Shown here: one piece after another, positions 38,016-52,491 of the stretch
How the letters are laid out: every line of letters starts with the position of its first letter
Numbering within the stretch: position 1 is the stretch's first letter
Source: Octopus sinensis
Taxonomy: Eukaryota
Reading direction: 5' to 3'
Length of the DNA: 64,000 bases
Assembly (NCBI RefSeq): GCF_006345805.1
Contig: NC_043007.1
Location: 48,298,001-48,362,000, forward strand
Made by a program: the position numbers and the translations under genes
Notes under the pieces: model-generated
The model's input: the letters and a program-made list of their open reading frames with translations, nothing else
Databases searched by the model: none
What the model was told of the DNA's origin: nothing

Positions 38016-40970
38016 ATGTAGCTATGTATGTACGAAAGTACGTATGCAGCGTCGCGTGTATAACCTTGAATGACAGTCACCAGACCACCGCCACTCCATA
38101 TTTGTCGCTTACACAACTTTATTCTCCCCTTCACTGATATCACTCACTTTCCTTCTGCCTCCTCGTTTCCCTCACACTAACACTCTTACAACCTTCTCAT
38201 TTTATCCCAAAATACTCCGCCCTACCATTTCAATTTTATAAGTTATAAGACAAATGCATGCACACGCGTGCGTGCATGCATGCGTGCGTGTATGTATGTA
38301 CATGTATGTACGAATATAAGCGCATAGACACACACACACATGAACATACATATCCATTCATATATGCATTCACGCATATATAAATACATACATATATACG
38401 CGCGCGCGCGCACACACACACATACACATTTATGCACATACATACATGCATACATACATACATATATATATACAGGCAAGCATACATGCTTATATCGTCT
38501 TCTACATAAGATGTTTTAGAAGCACATGACCATTACCACCACCACCACCACCATCACGCGCCTACGCACACACGCGCGCATACACATCCACAAATAATTG
38601 TGTTTCGAGTTAGAAGAAGCGGCGCAAATATTTCGTAACAGGTGAGGCATCGGACTTTTGAAGAGAGAGGGAAAGCTGAGAAAGCAAACACTTAACTTGC
38701 CCATCCAATTTATTTGTGCACAAATTTTCAACAAACACTTGAAATATAGCACTGTTACAGTCTGATAATAAGTGATAGGTGGAACAGGTTTGATAGCACA
38801 ACATAGCTTGTATTTCCTGGCATTATATCGCAACCTTCCGCCTGTAAGACTGCAGTAATACGGCGGCTAGACTGTCCATTTCTTAAACCATCAGTGTTGT
38901 CGTTAGTGTTGTTGTTTTTGATGTAGTTGATGTTGTTGATGTACTTCCTCCATTTTTTTTTTGTGGTGATGGTGATGTCGGCGGTAAAGAATAACAATAA
39001 CGCTATTGTTAACTGCAGCTGTTGTTTACTGTTGATCTAGATGTTGTTGTTGTAGGTGGTGGTGGTGGTAATGGTCATGTGATAGGAGGTGTGTCGTTGT
39101 TGTTGTTGTGTAGCTTAGGTCTGCTCTGATCGAGCAAACCCATGATAGGCCTTCCATTCATGACCACTGCATGTTTTTTTATTTTTGTTTTTCATTTTTT
39201 TTTTTTTTTGTGAAACAAGAACTAAGAGAAACCAACCCACGCAGGCAATATCTCACTGCCAGGAACCACATGGTTGATAGAGGTAAATGACCCTGAGCAG
39301 TAAATTCCTACATTGATATATCTGTTGACACCAATAAATCTGTGTAGATGACACCAATAAATCTGTGTAGATGCACCTGTTGATTTGTCGGGAAAGAGAT
39401 GATAGAGATACGTCTGTTGATGTCAGTACGCGTAGGTGGATGAACTATTGCTAAACAAGTTGATTGGTCCGAACCGCGATGATATAGACACATCTTTTGA
39501 TGTGTCTACCATGTGCCTGGTTGAACAAACGAGTAATTCATTTATCCGAATAGTGACGGCGCGCTTGCTGCCACCAGCGAATTTGAGCAGAAGAATTGGG
39601 TAATAGACCAGTTGATTGGTCCGATTTTTTTATGCAGTTCTGTTGTTTCTAGCTTGTATGATATTAGATGATTGTTGACAAACATAAGCAGACAATTTGA
39701 GGTTCCCCTAAGGGGCAATGAATATGGCGAAATGAGATATTCAATAAAAATGCATTGTAATCGCTTAACATTCCAACCGTAGCCATATTATCTTTTTCCA
39801 AACATACCTTTATTCACTGTATACATCATCCTACTTTGAAGGTGGCAGTATATGCTTCAACTGAATTACAGTAAACTGGGAATGAAAGGTCAATTCAGCC
39901 TCCTTAAAATTTCAACTCAGAGTCTAGGGAGTTGAAGATCTACGCTGTCAGATATTTAATCAAGTATTCCACTGTTTTTGCCTAAATTGCCAGCAATGAT
40001 GACATCAGTGAACATTTACTTTTCCTGTTTGCATTTGGGAGCTAAGAATCTTTTCCATGTCACTGTCATCTCAGCCTGCGTCAGGAATATGAAACAATGT
40101 CTTTGTTGTGTTTTTAACCAGGGAAAGAAATCCTATTTTTGTATATTAATCAAGCCTTTCCCAAATCACAAGGATTAATACTAAACTCTCGTTGCTGTAG
40201 CATTAAAGGGATGAGAGATAAAACATAAAAAAAACGTGCCCCTCAAGAAGTTAATTGTGGAAAATTTTCCCACGCTCTACATGAATTGTTGGTATTGGAT
40301 TTCTTGTCATTCGACGATAAGGATTCAATTTTTCGATCAAATGAATTACCTTCCCCTGAGTTAATGTGCAAGTGGCTGAGTATCCCACAGAGATGTGTAC
40401 CCATTACGTAATTTTGAACCAGACCCAGCGTAAAGCAGTTTTGGACAAGCTTTTGAATTTAAAGGTACATTCCATCCGATGGCCTTCTATAAAGTTTCCA
40501 ACTACCCTGTATGTCACTCATAAGGTATGGATCGACCTGAGGATTTAGACCAAGATGTTTCACCGTGGGAGCGAAACTGGGACCTCATAAAAAACAAATC
40601 GCACTTTTTAACCATATATACACAGATACATTTTTGTTCGTTTAAACCCTTGAAAGGTTTAGGCGAACAAATCGATTTTTCCTGTATAATACTTACTCTG
40701 TCGGTAACCTCTGAGTCACAGGAGCGTAAACAAACAAACACCGGTTGTTTGGCGGTGGGAGGACAGACACGAAAACAGATACGGAAACAAAACACACACA
40801 CACATATGCGACGGGTTTCCAGACAGTTTCCATCATTCACTCCCGAGACATTGGTCGGCTCGAAGCTATAGTAGTAGACACTTGCCTACAGTGCTATGTA
40901 GTGAGACTGAATCGCAAAGAACATGGTTGCAAGCGAGCTTCTAAAACTTCTTAACTACACTATGTTTACG

Positions 40971-41004
<34 letters not shown>

Positions 41005-41783
41005 TGTATGTATGTATGTATGTATGTATGTATGTATGTATGTATTTATGTATGTATGTGTATATATTAACATATAAAATACACTCTGTGTGTGTCCTCA
41101 ATGCACGCTCAAACATCTGGATTAATCTGTACCATACTTGAATACACGAATAATTTGACCTTGGAAACAATAATACGGTCTGGATTTATTTTGTTTGTTT
41201 TTTTATTAAAGATAAATAATATTGCTCTAAACATAAAGATTCACCGCTTCAAATTACTTTTTTCTGTCAAAACGCTAAAAATAACTGACCAACAAAAAAA
41301 AACAACCAAGATTCAACCAAATCAAAAAATAGACCCAAATGCTAAGCAAACAACGATGAACCATCCCACTTCCACTGCGCGCGCGCACGCACACACATAT
41401 ACAAATACACCTACACGTATACACACACACACACATTCAAACACCCACCCCCCGCCTTTCACATGCACACATATATTCACATAAAGTTGAAACGCTGTTT
41501 GATTTAATTTTCTAAGCATACAATTTTCACCATCTCACTACCAAGTATGACATCAACCCTTCCTTCCTTATTCCTCTATCACCCCTTCCTTTCTCGTTCA
41601 TAAACACAAGAGTATCATTATAGTAGATTACCTCGGTAACCATTGGAGGTATGAAAAAATACAAAGCCCAACATCACCACTGGATCATTCTACATAACTG
41701 TGTCATTTTTCGCGCAATTCCACCCACCCGTTTGACCGTGAATCCGAAGACAAGAAAGAATCGCCCATGTCGAATTTACATGA

Positions 41784-41864
<81 letters not shown>

Positions 41865-42016
41865 TATATATATATTATGTATGTATGTATGCATGTATGT
41901 ATGTAAGTATGTATGCATGCATGCATGTATATATATATATATATATATATACCGCGTGTGTACCGTTGGCAATTTTTTCCTCTGTCTTCCCTTCTCTGGA
42001 TCTTTCCTTCTCCTAT

Positions 42017-42051
42017 GTTTCCGACGAAGAGCTCCGCTCGAAACGTTAAAC
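42017..42051 (+). ncRNA. Minimal type I hammerhead with core CCGACGA, in a PLE-type tail
   Basis: GTTT-CCGACGA-A-GAGC(tcc)GCTC-GAAAC-GTT-AAAC. Confidence 0.55.
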
Positions 42052-42140
42052 CCTCCTTCTTTCCTGAGTGTCCAATAATACTATATTTGTTCCACGTCCT
42101 CGCGTTGTTGTGTTTTTTGTGCTTTCTTGTTTGGATTAAC

Positions 42141-42183
<43 letters not shown>

Positions 42184-42195
42184 TATATATATATA

Positions 42196-42239
<44 letters not shown>

Positions 42240-42242
42240 ATC

Positions 42243-42445
42243 TGTAAATGTAATATGTGACAATTATTCGGTAGCCATGATAAAACTCCGAGTTTCGGAT
42301 GCCGAGGGGGAAATCCACGCCGCCATCTCTTCAGTTATCCGGCCATCGGAATAACTAAAGAGATGGTGGCGTGGATTCCACCTCGGCATCCGAAACTCGG
42401 AATTTTATCATGGCTACCGAATAATTGTCACATATTACATTTACA
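42243..42445. repeat. Fold-back element made of two inverted PLE termini, each with an HHR motif
   Basis: Arms match the tails at 9900-9990 and 31260-31360. The - strand HHR at 42279-42339 has an intact core; the + strand one has CTAAAGA. Confidence 0.85.
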
Positions 42446-42529
42446 AATAAATTCCTCTCTTCACATAATTTCGAGGTCTCTTTCTTTCTTTTGTTGTCTT
42501 ACCATTTTTATCAATATATATATATATAT

Positions 42530-42580
<51 letters not shown>

Positions 42581-43235
42581 TGCATATATTACAGTCACGG
42601 GGGTAGTGAAAGGTTTCTGGCGTTAAGGGTGCCGCGAAAGGTAGGATGCCCAGCTTCGAGTTCTTTTACAGGATTTAGAAAAACTGAAGAATCACAGCAA
42701 TGTTTGACACTAGGAGGGGCGTATGCTGAATAAAAACCTCAATGAACTGATCCTCATGAATTTTTTTTGTTTTTTACCCAAAGCCAGGAACTTTTCAGCA
42801 CTCCCTAGTATATATCTAGAGATGTTTACTCATTTCAGAATGTACCGAAACAGGAAGTTTTCTGTATTACCCATCTTAGTATCGTCTGACAGAATCATAT
42901 TCTCCAGTAGTTGTGTATTATGTGGCAATATCCGGGTTATTGCCGTCCAGAATTTTTTTGCACTCCTCAAGCTCCGCCTCCACCACCACCACCAACTCGT
43001 TCTCTACTCACCCAACACACCACATGAGTGTCAGCTGTAATCTTTCCAGCCAAGCACTAACTATTTTGGTTTAGTAATTGCTGAAACATTGTCCTTTGTT
43101 CTGTGCATTGGTTTATCTCTCAAATGTTCTGAACCTCAGTCTCTAGCATTTGCGAATCACACACACACACATCTACCTATTTATATGTGTGTGCATGTAT
43201 GTGTGTGTGCGTGCGTGTATGTGTGTATGTATGTG

Positions 43236-43267
<32 letters not shown>

Positions 43268-43545
43268 TGTATGTATGTATGTATGTATGTATGTATGTAT
43301 GTAGAAGCAAAATTGCTAGTTCTAAAACCTCTCTCAGAGATCAGTGCTAGCTGATGGTAGGCGTTGTATCCCCCACCTCCCAATTGTGTCCTATGCAACT
43401 GTGCATCGTTAACCAGCTACAGATGTCCTCTTGAGGTTAAAAAATCGAAGTACAGTCCGTTCGAAAGGATAGCTATGTTCAAGTGGCTACGAATATTACT
43501 TACATATCTATAATATATGTATTTATGATATATTTATAATATATA

Positions 43546-43637
<92 letters not shown>

Positions 43638-43879
43638 TATGTATGTATGTATGTATAATGTATATATATATGTATATATATACACACATAATACATATAT
43701 AATATATATTTAATATATATATATTGGCAATATATATATATATTATATGCAATGTATATAATATATATATATATATAAATAATATATATAGGTGATATAT
43801 ATGACATATAAATAAAATATATAATATACATAATATTCATATAATGTATATTTATATATGTGTAACATTTCTGGGGGTT

Positions 43880-44184
43880 TTTTCGTCCTTTTTTCGTATA
43901 CATTCGCTGCTTTCTTCCAAGGTATGTAATGCTCTTAGCTTATTTTTCTTTGGGGCTGGCCAGATTGGAGCAATCTCCAGTCGAAATTGCAAAGATAATC
44001 TGGAACTCGACTGAGGATAGAAAACGCCGAATGATCCGTCCTTGTTTTCCTTGTATCGTCCTGTCTGGATATTTTGTTTTCCTTTTTCTTTTGTTTCACC
44101 TAACAGTCTGGATGTTTTGAGTTCTTGTCCTATTTTGTATTTTTTTATAAAATATAGCAGCGTACATTCACTTGCGTCTCTTAC

Positions 44185-44246
<62 letters not shown>

Positions 44247-44820
44247 TTACGTCTATCTACTTCTACACACTCTCTCTCTCTCTTCTCCCCCTCCTTAATT
44301 CCTTTGTTCCTCTTTTTCTCTCTTTCTTCTCTTCTTACGTGACCGTTGGCCGACTGCTAGCCCTTTTGCGTCTGACCACGGTCACTGCCACATCCATATC
44401 CTTCCCTCTGCCGTAAGGCTTCATTTCCACACATGCCAGCTGAATTCAACTCGCCCCAAGTCGAAAGACACCCGTTGTTATGTCCTGTTATTATTATTAT
44501 TGTTATTTTTATTGTATTTTTGTATTTATATTCGTGTAACAACGTCTGTTTTTCCGTCCTTGTTTTCGTATACATTCGATGCTTTTTTCCAAGGAATCTA
44601 ATGCTTTTAGCGTATTTTTTCCTTGGGGCTGGCCAGATTGGAGCAATCTCAAGATTAATCAGCCGAAATTGCGAGGTTGATCCGGTTCTTGACTGAAGAT
44701 AAAAGGCTTCGAATGACCCGTCCTTGCTTTTTTGTGTCGTCTATCTGGATGTTTTGTTGTCCCTTTTTGTATCACTAGTTGTCCGGGTGTTTTGCGCTCT
44801 TGTCCCATTTTGTATTTTAT
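43880..44820 (+). repeat. Two diverged copies (about 43880-44145 and 44545-44820) of an unclassified dispersed repeat; related piece at about 21300-21430 (-)
   Basis: Shared cgtatacattcg...ggggctggccagattggagcaatctc...gactga.gat...cgaatga.ccgtcc. Confidence 0.7.
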
Positions 44821-44994
44821 TATATATATATATATATTATATATCATAAACTTACTTGAAAATGGATGCGTGGCCTTCAATCAAGACTCTTTACACTCGG
44901 AACTCTCTCTAACATCTTGTGGATGCAATGAATTCGGACGAGAAGTTCAAGTTAAAGGATTTCTGGCGTAACCTTACGATCGCAACGTGCCTGT

Positions 44995-45445
44995 CAGTCT
45001 TCCACGCTGCTCTTAAAGACATGAAAAAAGAAGCCATCATCGCATGCAGGAAAAAGGTGTGACCAGAGTGTGTCCAGGACTACGAGGCTGTCAACAATGC
45101 GGTGAAATTGATAAAGATTCTTGGAGGCGAAGGTTTTGACATCACGCAAGATGTGGTCAACAATCCCATCGATGCCCACACTGAAATCCTGACAGACGAA
45201 AATTTGTTGGAGTTAACTAAGTCTGCTAGCGAAGAGGAGGAGGAAGCACCAGATCCAGAAGAAAAGGAGGATTAGGTGGGCCTGACAATCGAATGTCTGT
45301 CCGACCATTTAAGGACAGCAAAGTAATTGCAAGGGAAGACAGAAGTATGGGATCCCTATATGGTTCGGGTTTTCCAATTTCAACATACCACCGATGCTGC
45401 CATGTAGACATATAACACTCTCCTCGCCACCATGAAGAAACCACC
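44995..45445 (+). mobile_element. pogo/Tigger transposase C-terminal remnant
   Basis: KKV*PECVQDYE...LGGEGFD...IDAHTEILTDENLLEL...WDPYMVR. Confidence 0.7.
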
Positions 45446-45559
45446 ATGTAATGTAATACATATATATAGTATAAATACAAATAATTATATAACATATATA
45501 TAGAATACATATATAGATAATATAATATAACACACACAAACACACACATATACATATAT

Positions 45560-45608
<49 letters not shown>

Positions 45609-46233
45609 ATTGTGTGTGTATATGTGTGTGTGTGTGTTTTTGCGTGGGAGGTTGCATTGTATTTGTGTGTATGTGTGATTTTGTACATCTGTATGCGTTT
45701 CTGTGTGTGTTTGTTTCGGATGTGTACCTGGTGGGGTATGTTAGAGTATGTTGAGTTGTGGTCTGTATTTTTTAATAAGATTATTTCCCCTATTTATTCG
45801 TGTTTGGTCACTGGTGTTATCCGGGCATTGTATAGTGGAAAACTAGGAATTTAGGGGACTTGTTTTGTGCACAGAGATCTAAGTGCCCACTAAGTGTTAT
45901 CTGTCTTGTGGTGGGATCCCTCAATTGTTGACAGTGGACTATCATCCTTTCTCACACACGCACAAACACAATATCCCCACACTAGAGCACAAACCTACAC
46001 ACATTCAAAGAAAAAACGCATATATATATATATATATATTAATAATAAATATTAGGGAATAAATCCAAATTTACAGGGAAAAATCAGATTTAGGATTGAA
46101 TCCAATTTTATAGTAAAATATTATATTATATTAAATTAGAGACAAAACCACTATTATGCAAATCAAACAAAGAAAGACTTAAGCCAAAACATAAAATAAT
46201 TTATATAAATTTAGAAATTTAACAATTATAAAT

Positions 46234-46293
46234 AACCACTACGATCGTTTCATGTCTTATTTCAGCACATCTTGAGACATTCTTCAGGTGGTT
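46234..46293 (-). ncRNA. Apparently intact type I hammerhead in an isolated PLE-type tail (about 46040-46300)
   Basis: AACCAC-CTGAAGA-ATGTCT...AGACAT-GAAAC-GATC-GTA-GTGGTT. Confidence 0.8.
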
Positions 46294-46308
46294 TTTCAAA
46301 ACCTAAAA

Positions 46309-46357
<49 letters not shown>

Positions 46358-46519
46358 TTGCAATACGATTCCAGCAACCATAACCAACACTCTCACGCAC
46401 ATACACACATACGTAAACACGTACATGCACACACCTACACACCACTCTGACAATCACAAATCACATTCACACAAACACACCCACACATACACACACAAAC
46501 ATGCAAATACAACACAACC

Positions 46520-49500
46520 CCCACAACATACATATACAAACGGCGAAGTGCGTTGAACGTTCTCTCGATTGATGCAAAGACAGAATAAGCTGCAAGCGAG
46601 AGATTGTTCAGCGCACTTCGCAGTTTGACGACCTGGCTCCGTACCACAATGACGCAGCACCGTATAACACACTGTGCCATAATGCACGTGCCTAAAAACT
46701 TGTGCAATGAAAGTGCTTTGCACATCCTCATGGAAAGTTTAATTGCCAAAACGAGTGTAAAAATATTTTGGAATGATTAGAAGCACTTTTCCATATGTAC
46801 GAGACAGAATAAGCTGCAATAGTATCAACAGTTATTAGAACAGCGTCGAAGCTCTCCATTTTTCGATGATCTCACGCAATTATTTGGGCAAAGTTTTTTT
46901 TATTTCTGACCACGGCCAGCAAGGAGTTTGTTTTGTGATGACAGTGAGGGCGAGTAAAATGAAGAAGGCTAATAGGCATTTGCAAACTCAAACGTCCCAC
47001 GGCTGACTGCCGATAACTGCAAATCCTCTCACTCAGATTATATACACAGCCTATCTTTTTCGACGGTATTAATGATGCTGAAAAACTGCCGAAGTCAGCC
47101 ATCGATAACAGAGAGAGTAGTTGTTATACGTCTGAAACGTAGTGGTGTATTCTTGGAACGAAAAGTGTTAGGCATTTTCAGAAAGTCGGCAGAGGATATT
47201 TCGCCGAAATAGTTTTCAAAAACTTTCTCACTTCTTATTTTTGAAAGAGAGTTCTGGGGTCGATTTGTTCGACTAAAACCCTTCAAGGCGGTGCTCCAGC
47301 ATGGCCGTACTCTTATCACTCATTTTTTTTTTTTTACATTATGTATATAGAATAATCTGTCCATAATAACTTTAGTAGTCACCGGTTGTTGTGCCTGGAT
47401 TTTTTAAGCTACTAGCCACGAATTCACATATTGCAAATACATACCCAGCCATCTTAATACCAAATAAACTGGAAGCTTTGCCAAATTGTTTCAGCAGTCT
47501 TTTGACAGTAGCCTTTGTTGTATTATTTAGAAGCTCCAGCAAGAAATCCTTAATCTTCTTATAGTTGCTTTACCGCCCGTTTCAGTGCTGTTGCTCTAAT
47601 GCATCAACGAGTTGGATATATGGCTTGCAACATGTCCTTCCCACGACAAAAGTTTGTCCATTGCGCCTTTCTTTTTGGTGACTCTTTCAGAAGAATGGCG
47701 CATTGATGAACAAAGTTTCGTGCATCAGCTACAATGGCAACCGTAGATCCAACTTCTAGGAGGACAAGGTCCAGAGAGTGGTTACTGCAATGTACAAAAT
47801 ATGTACCAGGGAACATGCCTTTTCATCTCTTTTGCATGCTTGAAATGCTTCCAATCAACTTGTACCATTAAATGTACTTGCACCATCAAAGGAAAAGCAG
47901 CATAATTTTGAGTCAAGCAAAATGTTTAAGCGGCAAAAAGCGTCCATAATAACCTTAGTATCTCTGACGAGCAGTCAGGAGGATTATGAAACTCGAGAAA
48001 ATCTTTGTAAGCATCTAGGTCTTCAGAAACATAACAGTCAATGATTGATTCCTGTTCCATGCCAGAGCAATCAGTGATGCTACCACATATAATACCAATA
48101 GACATGGAATCTTCAACTTTTTTTCTGATCTCATGCAGAATGTTATGAACATATGCCGGTAGGATTTCATTTTGGATGATATCAGATGGAAAATTATCTC
48201 GACGTTTAAGCCACTGACTTACTTCTGCATGGCATTCTTTGGCAAGTTCTTTTACGAGATATATGAAGATTCCTCTATCATATTCATGCCTTGTAATGCT
48301 AGGCCTTGCCTACCACAGAATCTGACCGCTTTGAAAATAATATTTGATAGTGGTGAAGCTACTTCTTGTTACCCTTCCAGGCAATATAAGCAGATTACAG
48401 CATCATGTTGAGTATTACAATGAAGCTACAGGGCTTTCTTGAACCAGACTGGCAGTATGAGCGTTTCTTTGAATCTTTGGGTAAGTTGAATGCAGGCACA
48501 AATTGTTACTATGACGTGCAAAATTTCGATGTAACTTGACATGTTGGAAGTGCTTTAGCATTCATATTTTTCACTGGATTACATCTCTGCGATCTCCAAA
48601 GGTGCTGCATACTCTTGACATGATGCTGTACTGAAGAAATCTGAAATTTTCTTCACTTTTGCTTCTGGTGGAATTGACATAGTACACAGTGCTGATAATA
48701 AAGTAAAAAAGTAAAAAAGTGCAAGCAGATCAACAATATCATATTAGAAAAGTTGAGTTACTCTTAATTATTTTTGATTAATTTATTAAAACTTCTTTGT
48801 TTGACATAGTTATCACATAGAAAAATTGACTATTTTTTATTTAACTTTAAAATTCATCACTGTTCGAAAAACTAAAAACAGTATGATACACATTTGAGTA
48901 TTTTTTTATTTGAATTGAACGAGTAACGTATAGTATATGTAATAATGTGAAGTATATTTTGTGTGTTAAAATGTTTAATATCGGAAATATATCAAGCGAA
49001 GTAAACATAAGCAGTAAAACTACAAATTGCAAGTATTTCAAAATGTGGGACGCTACATGAACGAAAACTAACAAAAAAGAAGGAAAATAATGGTGCATAT
49101 GTTCTAAAGATGTGACAAGAGGGCACTGGAGAAGGATAGAAAGATGGGATAGAAGGGAATAAAGATAGACGGTTGGTAGTTGACAGAGACGGACAGAGGG
49201 ATAAACGGAAGGTAGTTGAGAGAGGAAGGCAGTTCTGAGTTCAGTCCCACAGCGTAGCACCTTGGGCAAGTGTCTTCTACTATAGCCTTGGGCCGACCAA
49301 AGCCTTGTGAGTGGATTCGGTAGACGGAAGCTGAAAGAAGCTCGTCGTACATATGTGTGTGTGTGCGTGTGTGTGTCTGTGTGTCTGTGTTTGTCCCCCT
49401 CCATCGTTTAACAACCGCAGTTGGTGTTTTTACGTCTCCGTAACTTAGCAGTCAAACAGATTAAGAAATTGCACAGAAGGGATTAGCGGGTTAATGACAC

Positions 49501-49947
49501 CGATGGTGTGTGCTTGTGCCCTGGGGTAATAGTTGTGGCTGGTGCTGTGTGAGAGCTAGACGATCGATTTTAATTTTTTTTTGCCAGATTCATCATAGCC
49601 GTAAAAGAATTTTCTTGCTTTGGAAGGGGTTGTTCCCCGAAGCTGTTATGACTGCACTGTTGAATACGATTGTGGTTATATGGTTTACGGCTGTTGATTT
49701 TACTATTATACCTGGTGGATACCTGGATAACTTCTGGGTTTCGGTCAAATTCTAGAGCAACTCTGCGACTGTAAGGGCTGTTTCTACTGTGAATTTGGTG
49801 GTGGTTCAAGCAACTTTTACAGATCAATTTTTTGACACTATTTTCTGAACCTGGCAAAGGTATGTGGGGGATCCACATTTTGATTTTCACCCCCTAAAAG
49901 TTTTTGGAGGTGCAACTGCACCACCTGCACCCCCTGTTCCAAGGCCC
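46520..49947 (-). mobile_element. Decayed ZMYM/THAP12-like (Tip100-group) hAT transposon, interrupted by SINE pieces
   Basis: Left end agggccttggaacagggggtgcagg (about 49947); AVRFCGRQGLALQG, YFVHCSNHSLDLVL and SIERTFNALRRL motifs with many stops. Confidence 0.65.
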
Positions 49948-50337
49948 TTAAGCAATGTGCGAGAATAGTCTTACCACTCTATTTATAAAGACACTGTTAT
50001 TCTCTCTTTCTCTCTTTCTCTAGCAGCACAGGGATGAAGCTAGCTTCCACACAAAATGAACCATAGATTCACAAAATATATTTTACTGCATTTACAAACA
50101 ATGTGTACACACAACGACGCGGCGACGTCATGAATTTTATCTGGTAACGAGGTCATAGTTCATATTAAATAGACATCTTCATAATTTTGCTCCGTAGACA
50201 TTTCTCCACTGCATCTCCCTATTCAATCATCGTCGTTACATTTTGATAATACTCGTGGTAGTAATGTTGCACACTAGATCTTTAACACTTTTGTTTGTCT
50301 CTATGACTGAAGTACGAATTGTAACAATATATATATA

Positions 50338-50502
50338 TGAGTGGCTGTGTGGTAAGTAGCTTGCTTACCAACCACATGGTTCAGGGTTCAGTCCCACTGC
50401 GTGGCATCTTGGGCAAGTGTCTTCTGCTATAGCCTCGGGCCGACCAATGCCTTGTGAGTGGATTTGGTAGACGGAAACTGAAAGAAGCCTGTCGTATATA
50501 TG

Positions 50503-50533
<31 letters not shown>

Positions 50534-50740
50534 ATATGTTTGTGTCTGTGTTTGTCCCCCCACCATCGCTTGAAAACCGATGCTGGTGTGTTTACGTCCT
50601 CGTCACTTAGCGGTCCGGCAAAAAGAGACCGATAGAATAAGTACTGGGCTTACAAAGAATAAGTCCCGGGGTCGATTTGCTCGACTAAAGGTGGTGCTCC
50701 AGCATGGCCGCAGTCAAATGACTGAAACAAGTAAAAGAGT
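50338..50740 (+). mobile_element. Full-length octopus-type tRNA SINE
   Basis: Head gagtggctgtgtggtaagtagc..ggttcagtcccactgcg; tail gactgaaacaagtaaaagag. Further fragments at about 40740-40950, 49215-49450 and 55300-55470. Confidence 0.9.
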
Positions 50741-52246
50741 ATATATATATACTGAAAGACGGGATTCTTCAATTAACAATTCTGATTTTTCTATCTTATA
50801 TAATTTAAAGGTTAAGCATTATAATATAACATTAATTTAAGTTAATTTATTTTAAGTCATTTAATTTCCAGAATTAAATATTTTAATTCTTAATTCACTT
50901 TAATTGCTTCCATTGCTCATTTTTAAAGACGTTTTGGAATTTCACGACCTTCTTTGTGTCAAATCTCGTGAGTATTTAAGCCAATAAATAATTCTAGGCA
51001 TGCCTGCAGTTTGGGATAAAATTTAACTATTTAAAAAATGTTTAAAATATTTACTATTTCTGTTTATCATTATTGCTAATATTAATATGTTTGTTGTTGT
51101 TGCTGCTGTTGTTACGGGCTCCGCCTCCTTGTTTATGTAACTTTCGTTTCTCCTGTTCTTTCAACAATACACAAAAGTCGTAACATTCCATCTCCACTCA
51201 CTCTGTTGGAATCAAATTCGTTAGTATGGCTGTGCCGTTAATAAATTCAGTTCGCAACCAAGTGGCTTTGTGTTAAGTACACTGCACAGCAATGTGGTCA
51301 GTGTTGTCTACAGTGGAGCAAGTCTAACCAATGTCATGTGAGTGGAAACTGTGTAGCATCCCGGTGTGTGGTGTGTGTGTGTGTGTGTATGCGTGTGTGT
51401 GTGTGAGAGAGAGAGAGAGAGTTGAAACGAACTTATGTGTGTGAATATCCTCGTGCACTTTTGGGGTGCACAAAGCAATCACTCACTAGCCGTTGCTTTA
51501 ATAATCCAGAAATTCTACTAGTCAGAAACAACAAGACGCAGACGTAAAATATACATATAACTACTTTATTCTCTTTCTTGGTAAACAATAACAATAAGTG
51601 TGTTATCTGATGTCCTAGGTTCGGGCGCGCACCGCTATAAGTTAATAGATTGTAATATTTACAATGTCCAGCCCAAAAACAGAAACGGAAATACAAATGG
51701 ACGGCGCGCGCGCGCGCACCGTTATAATATCACTACAGAGTCTTCGTACCTCTCTGTGTTCCTCACTGCCTTACCGCTTGATATCCGGTGTTAGCTTGTT
51801 TATGTTGCCGTTCAACAAAAAGAGATCTATCGAATAAGTACTTAAAAACAAGTACTAAACTCGTCACGTTTGGTGCCTCTGTATGACTGCATTCCGGTGA
51901 CTGAAGCAAGTGAAAAAGCGAAAGGTTACATATTTATTTATAGTAAAGTAAGCTGTGATATAAATATTCTTGGATGACATCCAAAATACGAAGAATACCG
52001 GAACAGTGATTCGTAAAATGTAGAAGAATTCCGGGAATGGTTCATCATGGATAGGATTTGACGTCCGAGGAGTAAACCAGTGCGAAGAACAAAAAACAAA
52101 TTCTAGATAAGTGTTAAACCGAAATAGTTGTTGCAAGTTTGGACTAGTTACAATATTGATTTGCACAACTGTAAGGTGCAGAAACTATTATAGTCTTCAG
52201 TCAATAGCTGAGGAAGGTGTCCCGCAGTGCAACCTGTTATATATAC

Positions 52247-52282
<36 letters not shown>

Positions 52283-52284
<2 letters not shown>

Positions 52285-52411
52285 TTCTATAGAAGAGCGT
52301 AGGCTCGAAACATAAAAGACTTTTTCTATTCCTGAGCGTTATACTAATACATCTGTTTGTTTTCTACACCACCTGTCTTCGTCTTTTGTTTCTTTTTTTC
52401 GTGAACTCTCC

Positions 52412-52415
<4 letters not shown>
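52283..52415 (+). mobile_element. Solo PLE tail with a degenerate minimal HHR (CTATAGA; CATA)
   Basis: Homologous to 11542-11670. Confidence 0.7.

Positions 52416-52491
<76 letters not shown>

Noticed and set aside
43880-44820. HHR-like gactga.ga...cgaatgacccgtc motif
   Set aside because: No GAAA and no consistent stem I or II; left unresolved.
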